In this document: one piece after another, positions 39,732 through 54,238 of the stretch
Numbering within the stretch: the first letter of the stretch is position 1
How the letters are laid out: every line of letters starts with the position of its first letter
NCBI RefSeq assembly: GCF_000497125.1
Contig: NC_090597.1
Span: 1,623,797 to 1,687,796 of the forward strand
Source of the DNA: Spironucleus salmonicida
Lineage: Eukaryota
Direction of reading: 5' to 3'
DNA length: 64,000 bases
Program-made: the position numbers and the translations under genes
Notes under the pieces: generated by a model
The model's input: the letters and a program-made list of their open reading frames with translations, nothing else
The model's database searches: none
What the model was told of the DNA's origin: nothing

Positions 39732-42700
39732 ATGATTAAACTGAAAAATTAATATTTTCAGATTGAATAGTGTGTTTTTTATCACAAGAGATGCAAAGTT
39801 CATTATATATAGCAGAATGATGGTGTTATATGTTCATAATTTATAGAGTTAAAAGATATTACATAATATTATTTTCTCTAGTATTATAATTAATACGATT
39901 TTATAAAGTATTATAATACAGAGATATCATAGTCTTCGTTGACCGCAAATAAATCTAATACAAGTAATTAAGTAATTTTTCCGAAGCTTTTATATAAATT
40001 ATTAACATCAATACATTTCATTCCATCCTACCACTCAGAATTCTTAATGCCATGCTATCTGCCATAGCCTAATATTTTTAATTTTAAATAAATTGAGCTT
40101 TCAATCTAAAATTTTGATTCATTTAAAAATCATATTTCGAGCATTCACTAAACAGCATCGTAAATATCCTTTTCATTGGTTAGTTCCTCCATCTAATGGT
40201 AAATAGTATCTGAAATAGTATCTAGAGATATGAAGAGTAGTATTTCTCCAGTACTTAGAGCTACGATTCATCAAAACGATATTTCAACGATATTCTTATA
40301 AGTTCAGATATTTTCAAATTAATATTTACTAGAAAATATAAAGATAAAAGTTGTCAGTTTTAATTAAAAATTTACAGGTATTTTAGAATTTAAAGTAGTA
40401 ACAATAAAGTAGATCCAAAATGTCTTTCCTAACGGAAAAATCATGTTTCCTAGAGCAAATATTAATTTATTAGCTAGCTAAAAAATTAAATTTCCCAACA
40501 AGATACTAGTATAGGTAAATGAAAAAGTGTTAGGCGAATTTTAAATAAATTATACTAATATAGATTTAGGAATTTTGTTTGAATTTTTATTTGACTAAAA
40601 CGATAGTTTAAATGTACGATTTCTCTCTGATAAATTAGAGGAAATAAGCTAATTTGCTACAAGTTTAGTTCCTAAAATATTTTAAAATGAAGCTAAAAAT
40701 GAGTCTTAGAGTTAATTAAAGAAGTATTATTGCTTTGCTAATTTTAATATAACTAATTTTTTTGAAGGTATATAGGTAATTTGTCTTAATGGAGGGCTTA
40801 CATAGTAATAGATAGATGCGAAAATCGTTATTTAAATAGAAAAATCAGCATAAGAGATAACTTGTGATATTGATAATAATTTAAATATATAATATTTAAC
40901 TCATGTAGGGAGATATTTTCTAGAAGAATAAATTTTTGATAGAGTTTAGAATTCTTGTAATTATTAGTTATTAGAATAATTAATATAACTCTACAAAAAG
41001 TTATTAAAATCATAACTTTATTATATAGATGATTATAAATGCTAAAAATTGAACATCATTAATAATGCAAATCAAATTAATATCTAAATTAGTTAGTTTA
41101 TGTATTATTAGAGAAAGATTTTAGAAAAAATTCGTAATTCTCCTCCTTTAAAAAGGTTCATAGGAGTTATAAGTCAAGATTTTATTCTATGTGTAAAATA
41201 ATATTATTAAGATAATTAATTAATTTTTTAAAATAGTTTATAGTTATTATATGAAAATTATTCGTTCTATTCCATCTAATTGGTAAGAGTTATGCATTTT
41301 AGTTCTAACTGTAGTAATATTTAACAAAAAATAAAGGTTAAATCTTAAATTTCAGACTTAATGAATTCATCTATCGACTAATATTCTAGCATATTAGCTG
41401 AACATTCAGTGCTCCTTAGATTTATCATTTCTATTCTAGATTAAAATAGTAATTTCAAGAATTTTTAAGATTTATTATTTTAAGCATTATAGAAAGATTT
41501 ATAAGAATGCTTAAATTCTTATTTTTAAATTTTATCTATTTGCGAATTATCTTAAGATCAAATATATGAAGTTATAAATATTATATAACATTCGTTTTCT
41601 GCACTTAAATTAACAAAATATAGCTTCTGTGAATATGTTTCTAAATTATAAAAGGAGTTAACTGAAAATAAATCATACTAAGAAATTATGAAAAAATATT
41701 ATTTAAGATATTTAGAAAATAATTCTGATTCTTTAGAAGTTTTTTCTATTCTTACAGACATATAAAATTTTAATTCATTTCAATATGAAGCAAGTATTAG
41801 TTACTATTTTAAAAATTTAACCGAAGAAATAATTGAAAATAAGTTTATATCCTCTAGAAGTATTCTGATTCTTAATAATATTTAAAATATATCATGTTTA
41901 GATATGAGTATATTGTCTCTGTTTTTGGCTAGTTTTTCATATCTAATGCAAACGGATAAAGAAATTTAGGTATTTTTATCTTTAACGAAATAATGGTTAA
42001 TATAAATTAATTTAGATCCATTTAATTGTTATGTATAACAAATTTCACCTTATGTATTAGTCAATATTATTAAATTTTCTTTATATTAAAAATACGAAAC
42101 TCACTTTAGAACAGTAGTTATAAATTTACTGTCCTCATAATATAAATAGTAGATAATTAATAATCTTATAAAAATAGCTATATACTCTGATTTATAAATT
42201 TAAGTGTAAATTAATAATATAATTTTTCCTAATATATCAGTAGATGATATTTACAAGGCAAACTCAATGTAAATATAAGTTGATTATTAAATATTTACTG
42301 CATAGTAAAAATTCAACCAGTTTTTGATACAAGCATAGGAATATTCATTAAAATTGTTATTGACAAATCGATAAATGCTGTTTGGATTGAATCATAAATC
42401 AATTGATGAATAATATTTATAATCACTACTTAATTTGTTTGCATAAAATAATGATATCAGATAGCACTTTATTTTAGATTGCTTAATGATTTTTTACGAT
42501 AAATGTAATAATATTTCTGCATTTCATAATATTGTTCAACAAAAATTAGATCTACTTAGTGTTACTATTGATCCGTATTTTATCCTGTTCTTGCTATATA
42601 ATTACTATAAAAATCTAGTTTTAGACAAAAATAATTGCTCTCAATAGCGCAATCTATTTATTAATACACCTAACAGTTAAAAATTATATAATTTTTTATT

Positions 42701-43154
42701 GATTGACGATGTTTGTTTAATAAAGTAATATTTGTGTATTTTTGAAGATGAATCAGATACAACTTTTATAAATTTACTATTTAAATCTCTTCCTCAATAG
42801 CTGTTAAGTTTTAGATCTGGATAAGAATCTATTTTATAAATTTAGGATTATATTTCTACTGTAACTTATTTACAAAGAGATTCAAATATTAACTTACAAT
42901 ATTTTACAACTTCATCAGACATAGTTGGAGATTCATCATTTTGGATTAAATTTTAACCAAGAATTTGTCTACCAAGATTGGAAATTAATGACTTCAAATT
43001 AAAAAAATCAGGTTGCCTTAAATTGTAATATCTAATTTTAGAATAATTATTACCTCCAAATTTTTCAAATATTAATAACTTTAAAGCCCAAACTGATTTT
43101 GCATAAATTGTTGGTATAATGATTTTACCATGGCCAAAAATATAAATAAAATGA
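39732..43154 (+). CDS. Hypothetical protein (~1140 aa)
   Basis: Long code-6 ORF with ATG at 39732 and AAA TGA at 43152-43154 in frame. No recognised motif. Confidence 0.7.
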
Positions 43155-43157
43155 ATT

Positions 43158-43709
43158 TCACTATTATAGCTCATAATCATCTATTTCATCATTATATTTC
43201 ATAATTTTCTTTCTAATAGAACTATCATTTCTCCAAGTAATGAAATCTTCCATTCCCTTTGCGACGTGAAAATTTACATCTGTGATGATGGTTGGGCCAA
43301 CTCTAACATGACCATGATCTATATATTATCCACCAATTTCAGTAGTATCTGCCATTTTTAACTAATATAAAAGCGATGGAAGTCTACGCTTCATAATTTA
43401 CTCTCCACTAAATTTTGATAATTCCTCCAAAGTTGCAATTGGATTTTAGGAAACCCCTAATTCAAAAAGCAACTTAGCTAATCTTTATGTCATGTCTCGC
43501 CTTACTTCATCATTTTTAGGCAACTCAGTCAATTTTTCAGCAACAGATTTTACCTTTTTAGCTGTTTATAAATACTTAAGAGCTTACTGATCTGAACGAA
43601 TACAATATTTACCCATAAGATTATAAATATTCATATTTCTATCTGTATCCCAAGAAAATGGATCCGAATGCTTTAACAGTTTCTTTTCATGATACTTTAG
43701 CTTTCTCAT
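43158..43709 (-). CDS. IMP3: U3 snoRNP protein IMP3 (S4 domain), 183 aa
   Basis: MRKLKYHEKKLLK...KRRLP...GHVRVGP...MEDFITW...KKIMKYNDEIDDYEL. Confidence 0.95.
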
Positions 43710-43847
43710 TTTAATTAAAGTGAAAAATATATATTCAATTTATTTTACCATATAAATATAGTAATTTAGAATTAGCAATATAGTACTATTATATAATTAT
43801 ATTTAATTAAGTTAAATATAAAGATAGGTTATCATATTTTTAGCAAA

Positions 43848-44483
43848 ATGAAACAATCTGAATCGTAAATTCGTCAGCTATATTATACATACAGTCTAGA
43901 TCTTTGGAAGAAAGCATAGCTTATAGAGTAATAAGATAAATAATATGCATATTTATAGTATAAACGATCTTTAGAAGCTATGAAAATTTATATTTCATAA
44001 ACATAATTTAAGGTGTAATCATAAGCGCTGTATGATCAAATGTTTATTTAATTCAATATATTTACTGATTAGAATGGATATTCCTCTCAGAGTGCTACCC
44101 CTATTCATTCGTAATCTTTCTAATAAGATATAACTAATTCTTTAATAAAACTGAATAGTCCTATTTAGTAAGCAAAGACTTTATTAGATAATAAAAATTT
44201 TATTGATGCTGCTAAAATATTGCAATAACAAGAATAGACAGAAGAAGTTTAATTATTATTGGATGAAGCTAAGAAAAATATTTCTATAGTATAAGAATTA
44301 AAAAATTAAATATAAGAAGAATAAAAGCAAATATAGAGCACAAATGATTAATTTACGAAAGTTTCTCACTTAAGGTAGATCATAAATTTACTAAATCAAA
44401 TAGGCAATTAAAAGTCACTTGATTTAATACCTGAAGTTGAGAAATAAATTTCAATTGAGTCTAAAGGGGTGCCCTTAATATGA
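43848..44483 (+). CDS. Hypothetical helical protein with a possible N-terminal MIT-like domain, 211 aa
   Basis: Open ORF. The N-terminal SLDLWKKAQLIEQQDKQYAYLQYKRSLEAMKIYI resembles an MIT three-helix bundle. Confidence 0.65.
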
Positions 44484-44496
44484 ATGAGAATTTTCA

Positions 44497-44679
44497 TCAC
44501 TTGGGTGAAAGGATTGGGTGAGATCCTGGGTTCTTTTTATATGTTTCAATACGTTGAGCAGAACTAACATCATGGGGGGAAAATTTAGCAGGATGTGCAG
44601 TCATTGTATCTGATTTACAATCTTTGCAAAATTCAGCTAGAGTGTATTACTAACACCCTGGGCACTTTTATAAATGCAT
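44497..44679 (-). CDS. NOP10: H/ACA snoRNP subunit NOP10, 60 aa
   Basis: MHLQKCPGCQQYTLAEFCKDCKSDTMTAHPAKFSPHDVSSAQRI contains the YTL and AHPAxFSPxD signature. Ends AAG TGA. Confidence 0.93.
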
Positions 44680-44858
44680 TATGAGAAGTGAAAATTGAAG
44701 TGATAATATAATTTATTATATATAATTATATATTAATATTATTTAGTATTATGATATATTATTACTATAATTATATTTCTAAAGAGACTTTGAAAATTAG
44801 ATTAATATCAATAAAATATATTATAATTAATAATTATCATTATAAAGATTCAATTATA

Positions 44859-46109
<1,251 letters not shown>

Positions 46110-46158
46110 TTATTATTTATTTAGTATGGTATATAAGTATTTTTATTTTCCACTTTAT

Positions 46159-47487
46159 ATGCCTCCAATTATTAAGGCCCTCTTACGTTCTGAAGAAAAA
46201 TTTGTTAGAACAGATTATAGTCAAAAACCAAGAGTGTTCAAGGAAGAAAAACACTTTTTCCAACAAGAAACTGAGCTTTAACGAGCGGTTTAAGCATCCA
46301 AAATGGAGCGTTTGTTCTCAAAGCCATTAATCAAACAACTAGATGGTCATCCAGACTCTATAGTATCTATTTCATAGTATAGAGGTAATCTTTTATCATC
46401 TGGAATGGATGGTTCTGTCAAACTTTGGGACGCCTAAGGAGGCTTAATTAATTCAATCTAAGCACATAATATGTGTGTTGGAAGCGTTAATCTTGGCCAA
46501 GTAATGTTATCTGTTGGGAGGGATGGCAAACTTTTCTGGTTGGATCAAAGTCTTAATTTGACTCAATAAGTTTAAGTAAATGTAGACCCTAAATGGATTT
46601 GTGCCAGTTCTGGTGGTCAATTTGCTATTTCTAGCTATAAATCTTAACTTTATGATATAACGAGAGGAGAACCAATATCATCGTTTTAATAATCAAATTT
46701 CTCAATTTTTTCATAATAAGACCCAAATTTATTACTACTTTTAGATGGAATTTCTGTAATTATTAAAGACGTTAGAATGAATGCGGACGCTTTTAGTTTC
46801 AAAACAGCAGGACGAAGTAATTAAGCATGCTTTAACCCTATGTTCCCTGGAATGATAGTTTTAGCACAGGATGATGGTTGTGGATACTCATTCGACTTGA
46901 AGAACCCAAAACAGGCATTGGACAAATATGGTGGATAAACATTTCCAATGGTTTCTGTTGATATATCTCCCTCTGGACGAGACATTGTTTTGGGTAATAA
47001 TTAGGGCCAAATGATGCTTTATAAAACACGTACAGTTTAGCGAAATTAAGTAGCCACTGATACTATTTTAAAAGCAGTGAATTAGGAGATGGAGACTGCA
47101 AGATCATAGCCGTTTAATTAATATTTAAAATATAGAGATCTATATCATGCTAGAAGAATGCATTAAGTTAATGTTGTTAAATTTTCGGAAGATGGGAGGT
47201 ACATTTTTTCTGGATCAAGTGAGGGTGCGATTCGTTAATGGAAAACATTCGCTGAGTAGAATGAGAGGACGAAAACTTACTCGTAAGATCAAAATATTTC
47301 TGTAAATAAATAACTTAGTTAAAAATTTTAAAATGTAGGTATAATTCGTGACGTTAGAAACAGTCATAAAGTACCTAGAAAAATACATGCTGCATAAGTA
47401 GCTGCTTCTGCCCATCATTAAGCTGAGATGAGGAAGCTGCATAAAGGTAAAAATAGTGCACTGGATGTTGTTAGAAAAGAATAATGA
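46159..47487 (+). CDS. SOF1: SOF1/DCAF13 WD40 U3 snoRNP protein, 442 aa
   Basis: ASKMERLFSKPLIKQLDGHPDS, CFNPM and DLYHARRMHQVNVVKFSEDGRYIFSGSSEGAIRQWK match Sof1. Confidence 0.9.
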
Positions 47488-47597
47488 ATTGAAAATTAAC
47501 TTTATTTAATTGAATTGATTTAATATAAATTTTCTTTATCTTATAAAAATACTCCAAATTTTATATATATATTATATTATTAATAACTAAATGTGAA

Positions 47598-50330
47598 ATG
47601 GCAAAAGAGTTGCTGGATGATTATGATTTTAATCCAGACTTTAAAGATATAAAGAATAATTTAATTCAAGCTTATTATGCAAATGATGATTAAGAATTAG
47701 CTAATTTATTTAATTAGTTGGGGAAATCATTCGAAACTTACGATCATTTTAAAGATGCCTCATTATGTCATTATTTTGACGCTTAAATATGTAAATAAAT
47801 ATAAAATAATAAAGGTTTGGCAGTAGCTTTAGCAAACATAAGTATATGTTTATCAATGCTATATGAAGACTATCCTGATCATAATGAGTAAGCCGATAAT
47901 AAAGATTTTATTGCAAGCTATGACTTTGGCTTTTTAATATATTTTGAATAATCTGTAAATCTAGTATATAACAATGAAGAGTTATTTGAATTAGTATTTC
48001 GAAAATTTGTAATAGCTGGTTATAATTGTTTCAGGGTTATGTAAATTTTTGACATAAATATAATTAATCCGATTATTAGTTTTATTTAAAAATATATGAC
48101 TTTATCATTGAATTATAGATCTAAAGAAATTTATTGGGAAGTAATATTAAGTATACTACACATTTATATCAAAGTAGGATTAATAAATTAAGCTAAATTG
48201 TTGGTTTTATTTTTGTAAGACAATATATCCAGTTTTAATTAAAACTTTGAATTATATAAATCATTTTTAATCTATTATTTTGAATTATCATTTATCAGTG
48301 ATACTCCGCTAGATGAAAATATATTATAGCTGTGTGAAAATATGCTAAAAACTTTTTAATCAAGTTAATAGGTTTCTAAATATTGTAATGAGTTGGCAGA
48401 TCTCTTTATACAATGTGGCTAGGTAAAATATTTTGGGTGGATTAATAACTTATTTAAATTTTTTGCGACATCAGAGATGAAGAATTATTACTAATAGAAA
48501 TTTAATTAAGTTAAATTAGAATTGGAACTACTGTAGAAATAAAATCTTAACGATATGTATATTTAAGCTATAATAAAATATTCTTTATTTAATCATAATT
48601 CTTTAATTACATCTAATTCACTACTTTAGAATATTTACGAATTTTTATTATTATAGAATAAAGGGGATTTTATGATCAATAGTAAAAAAATATCATACTA
48701 GTCTATTCTTAAAAATCTTTACTTATTTGATGAAAAAGAAATTATGGTTTCTCCTATTTAGATATTAAATATAATGATACGGGAAATTTATATATTTTAT
48801 AAATTTGAAATTGTTTATTCTTTATAAAATTCAGTTATAGTTTTATACTAATTTATTTAATCTAGTATTTAGCAGGATTCAAAATTCATAGCTTCCTTGG
48901 ATTTTGAGGATTTTATCGAGCAAATTTTATTGTCATATTTTAGAAATAAAATTTAAAATAATCAAACTGAGTCATCGGAGTTTTAAGAACTTTGGTAGTT
49001 AAGAATTTAACATAAACACTAATATTGTGTTGATTATTTATTAGATTATATAGGATTTTGCTACTCTGAAGATAGTTATATCTAAAATCTCAATGAAAAA
49101 ATTTCAGTAGATCAAATAATGATTAATTAAAAATTAGTAAATAAAAAACGTTAAAGTAAGATTATTGCGTTACTTACTAATCCAACTAAATAAATAGCTC
49201 CAATACATAAAAAGAAAATAGTTAAAAAAGTTTATACATCATAATCATCACTGAACCCAATAAAAACAAAAAATATTGATATGTTTATTCTTAAAACTTA
49301 GTTAGAAAGTACTTCATATACTTAGTCGCTAACAGAAGATGAAGTTTAGCCTACTCCAAAACCTAAATTACTTTCTAAATCTACAATTCTACCATAAAAC
49401 GAATCTAATTTTTAATTTTAAGATTTAACTTTTTAAGACTTACTTGAGCCTACCTAGTCACCTATAGCAAATAATGTAAATGATGTACTTGACTTTGTAA
49501 AATATTAATAATTCCTAATTGATTACAATTATACCTAACTTGATATGAAATAAAGAATGGAAAAGTATCAAGAGTATTTATTATTCTAAAAAACGTTTAA
49601 AGATGACAACTAAATGCTATTAGTGTAAAATCAATCTCTGTAATAAACAAATCTTACCGGAGATTTAGAAGTTACAGGTCCAACTAAATTATCAAGCACT
49701 ATGATAGAGACGATACACAATAAGCATAACGAAGATAAGTAACTATTCTGTTTTGATACTAATAAATTTAGTGTTATTTAATTATAAAACAGTTCATTTA
49801 TTGCAAAAAGTTTATCCAGTATGTATAGTTATTCGCTTGTTAAGGTAAATCTTGAAAACATAGTATTCACAACGGACATTTTGGCATCATTATTGTAACT
49901 TAAAAATATTTAATATTTAATGATTAGAAATATAGAAACATCTAATGACGATGTTTAAAACACAATAAACGATTAATTGATATAGATATCATAAATTCCT
50001 ACATTAAAATCAATTTAGCTGAGTAAAATTGATTATATAACATTTTCAACTGCTTTATAAATAATATTGTCATGTCCGGCTGATACTTTTGTATTCGAAA
50101 ATTTATTAGGATTGAATATTTTCCCATCTAAATAATAAATATAACCAATCAGCAGAACAATAAAATCCATCAAATTTTATTTCTGTAATTTTTTATCTAT
50201 CTAACCACCGGATGTTATAGCCTGTTATTTAGATATATAGGAACTTTGCTTTTATGATTGCTTGAATTAATGCCTGTTTTCTGAAATTTTGCAATAGTTT
50301 ATAGAATTAAATATCGATTAAATAAAGTGA
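47598..50330 (+). CDS. TPR (N-terminal) plus LRR-like (C-terminal) protein, Tonsoku-like, 910 aa
   Basis: The N-terminal ELANLFNQLGKSFETYDHFKDASLCHYFDAQIC...KGLAVALANISICL resembles the first Tonsoku TPRs. There is a low-complexity linker and LxxLxL-type repeats at the C-terminus. The CDS is solid and the identity tentative. Confidence 0.55.
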
Positions 50331-50345
50331 ATATACTTAAGATTG

Positions 50346-51857
50346 TCACTTTTTCTTCCCATACATCTCAGTTCTTTTCTTTAGATCATCCCAATCCGCA
50401 ATCCAATCGCTCCGATCCTAAAATAGTCTATGCACTAATTAGATACCTTCAACAACTTTTTTCATTACTATTGGGTAAAATTAAGCTTCAATTGTAAAAT
50501 CAGCACCCTATGTTGTATTTTAAATGAATTATTCCAAGTTTGGAAAATCTAAATTTAAAGTATCTTCTGTACGGCCTATTCTAATAAGAGAGGTTTACCC
50601 TTTCCCCATAACTAATGATTTTATGTTTTCTTAATGAATTTTGCTATATGTTGAATTATACCCCAATTCTAATATAACTGTCTTTAGCCCAGTATTAATT
50701 TTACCCTGCGTGCCTTTAGGATTAGGCGTAAAATTATTATGTCTTTTCGTCATAATTTCTGACATTTCTTTGGGTAATATCTTAGACATATCTTTACATA
50801 AATTAACATACCACGTTTTATAAGCCTAAGCTATGACAGCAGTTGTTAATATATTGAATCTTAATCTTCCTTAACATCGTGGGCAATATGGATGAGTACA
50901 ACCTGGTTAAATCTCAGTTTATTTAGCTGATTCAATTTTATTATTCAATACATGGACATTCTAGTCAAACGTTTCAAAATTTTATGCCCAAACTTTAGTA
51001 TAGGTTTCAGGTGCTAAAATTATTTTCTTTGTTTTCTTTGTTTTCTTATCATCTTTTTTCACTGGTGCTGGTTTTTTAGTTACCACTTTTCTAACTTTTG
51101 GAGGATTAGCAATATTTTATGAATATTAATTCAAAATTTTTTCCATAAAAGTATCCACCTTTGGTATTCCTTCTTCAGGATCTAACCCTTATCTAAGAAT
51201 TACTTTCTCAACCTCATTATTCTATTTAACTGGAAATCTAAATCCTTAATCGAATTCATAAGGTACTTTTGAACAATTTTTAGAGCAAACAAATTTTTTA
51301 ACTGATCCTTAAAGTTCAGATACCGATCTTTATTTGTCGATCATAAATCTAGCACAAATACCATCTGTTTATGTTGTCATTAATTATACATTGTTATTAG
51401 ACTATATTTTTGCTTCTTTTTCTAATTTTTCATTTGCTGGCTTTAAATCATCAAAATTGTCACAGACTTGTTCAATAAAATCTTCAATCTATGAATAAAA
51501 CTCACCAGGTTTTGCATCAGATGTAGCATTATAAAGTGTGCCCCAAAGCCCATAATACAATTCTGGATATAGAACTATTGCTGGTTGAGCTGGCTTTTAA
51601 GCAGATTTTTCCTACTCAGTCGCAAATTCATCTATAGCATTTTTTTAAGATGTAAAATGCGCGAACTATAATCTTTTCTCCATAAAATTAGGATTACGAA
51701 TAATATTAAATGGTGATGGTAGACCAGATTCTGAAGAAAGTTACTCGTCAAAATAAACTATTATAATATGTGCATCATATATTGTTGATGCTGCATATTT
51801 TGAGAAGAATTCATTGCGTAAATCAGGATCAGCTGGGATATCCATCTTTTTAGACAT
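50346..51857 (-). CDS. Degenerate Sir2-family (sirtuin-fold) protein, 503 aa
   Basis: Ordered Sir2-like motifs: IIVYFDEQLSSESGLP, PELYYGLWG, MTTQTDG, ELQGSVKKFVCSKNC, PYCPRCQGRLRFNI, VILELG and LIRIG. Ends AAG TGA. Confidence 0.72.
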
Positions 51858-51932
51858 TTGTAATTTTATAATATCATAATAAATAAATATAATAATAATA
51901 TTAACATTAAATTAAAAATAATAAATATTTAC

Positions 51933-52316
51933 TCATTACGTTGTTTCCTAACTGATAGTTTAATATATTTTAATCTTGTCTTAGATTCGGCTTTCTGTAT
52001 CGATTAACTCAGTACTCCATATTGCTAATATTGATATAATTGATTATATTTTTTATTGAACTTCAGTCTCATACTAAATCTAATTTTAATCTCCATTTAT
52101 CTTAAAAATTCGAGGTTATGGTTTTTTATCATACTATTAAACGAACTATTATTTAAATTAATTTTCTAATAATAAATTATTTACTAAATTGGCTAATTAA
52201 AGTTAACTAATTGATCTATTACGTTTAACTAATTCATTAATTTTTAGTTATAGGTCCTTATTTTTCTATAAAAGTTCTTCTAAGACTGCTTTACAAGAAT
52301 TAACAGAATCTGTCAT
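51933..52316 (-). CDS. Small hypothetical coiled-coil protein, 127 aa
   Basis: MTDSVNSCKAVLEELLQKNKDLQLKINEL...; ends TAA TGA. Confidence 0.7.
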
Positions 52317-52388
52317 TTATAGAAAATGAAAGGAAATAATTTATATTAATATTATAATAATTATATATTTTCTTTTCTTTTCAATACA

Positions 52389-53666
52389 ATGTCTACCAAG
52401 ATTACACCGATATCGAACCTTTTAGATTTTGGATAGTTTACTTTTTAAGGTATTATAACCTAAAGACGTCCAATAGCATTTACAAAAGCTAACAAACCTT
52501 GGTTTTCGTTTACTATTGATGATGGTGATTGTGATATCAAAGTATCTGTGTTTAATAATGCTGAGTAGTTTGATAGTCTTATATTAGAAGGTAGTTAGGT
52601 AAAAATTTCTAACTCTATTATTCGCTTAAAAACAGAAATGTCGAAAAAATATGATAGAAGTAAATCTGATTATGAAGTAAGTTTCAAGGATGCAACATAA
52701 GTAGAGACACTAGGTTAAGGGAATATAATGTATACTGCATAAAGTATTCGTGATGTTAAGGAATCAATTGAATAAAAAATATAATAAAATCCAGACGCAA
52801 CTGATTCAGTAAAGCTTCTTGTTAAAGTTATTTCTGTCAATCACAATTCAGGAGCATCTTGGGAGAATCTTAATCTTACAATAGCCGACTAGGACGATTC
52901 TAGTAAGCTCACTATCTGGCTAAGAGATAATGCAAACTTTGGTTTAAGTGCTGAAAGTGTAACAACTTTAAAAGATCAATGTATTGGGCTTGTTAATATA
53001 ATAGTCAAAAATTCCAAATATGGTATTTAATTTTCAACAACACAGTAATCGTAAATTATATTAGAAAAAGATCTTTAGTCTAAATTTACAAATTCATCTG
53101 AATTTGTAGCTTAAAAAGATTAAATTATTTCTTTAAATATGTCCTAAAATACAGGTCCTTAATCTCCAGGAAGACAATTAGCTTCTTCAGAATATTAACC
53201 TTTATCTGAACTATCTCTTAATTTTCAAAAATCACTTATTTCATTGACTTTTATGAATGATGTTGAAAGAGCATTGTATAAAGGCTGCTCGAAATGTAAG
53301 AAAAAAGCAGAGCAGTAACTACTATGTGGATGTGAAGATGCTGAAATAAAATATTATTATAAACTTAGTGGTGTAGCATCTGATTATTCAGGTACAGCTA
53401 GAGTTACATTATTTGATCCATACGCTTCAAATTTATTATAGATGACAGCCGATGAATTTGTAGAGTTACCAGTTGAGAATAGAGAGAAACTATTATTATA
53501 AGCATTTGAAGCGTCTTGCCTTATGAAATAAGTAACTAGTAATGTTGAAAACCGCGAAAAGGTTATTATATCTGGTGTAGATTAGAAAATTGATTATTGG
53601 GGAATATTAGGAGGAGCCTGTAAGAGCCTTGTATTATAAGACGGAGAAGGAGTAACTTTATAGTGA
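52389..53666 (+). CDS. RPA1: Replication protein A large subunit (OB folds plus Zn finger; no RPA70N domain), 425 aa
   Basis: ITPISNL...FSFTIDDGDCDIKVSVFN, LTIADQD...LTIW and YKGCSKCKKK...CGC...YYYKLSGVASDYSGTARVTLFD...LLQMTADE. Confidence 0.85.
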
Positions 53667-53723
53667 CCTTTAATTTGCTTAATCTTTTAGTTATTTTCAA
53701 AAAAAATAATTTTATAGAAAATT

Positions 53724-54110
53724 TCAAATGAAAATGTCACTATAATGATTTGGCTATTATTCTTTAATTATCTAAGATATGGTTTATTCATACTGTTTTC
53801 GTATAAGATCAATCTCTTTTTTATGCTTTTGATGTAGGTTATCTTGAATTTCATCAGCTATATCATATTTAGCTAAATCATAAACATTTTATAAATCTTA
53901 AAGGTCAAATATTTTGGATTTATTAGAATCTCTTAGCACTTTTCTTCGTAGTTCATATGGTAAATAGCGGAAAACGGCATAATTTAAATAATTATTTATA
54001 TTAAATGTGTCTTATAGAGATGATGATTTAATAATTATTTACTCATTGGCCTTTTCAACCTATAATGGAGATACTTCCCTGATTTTTTTGATACTTTAAA
54101 GTTTGTGCAT
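53724..54110 (-). CDS. Small hypothetical protein (~128 aa)
   Basis: MHKLQSIKKIREVSPLQVEK...HYSDIFI*. Upstream in-frame ATGs lie at 54137 and 54146. Confidence 0.6.
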
Positions 54111-54238
54111 TTCTAAAAGAAAGGGAATTATACTCATATACACCATATAATATTAAATATGATAGAATAATAACAAGTGAACAAATCAAACAATGTAGTA
54201 TAACAATTTAAATATAATTTAATAATAATATCAGTATA

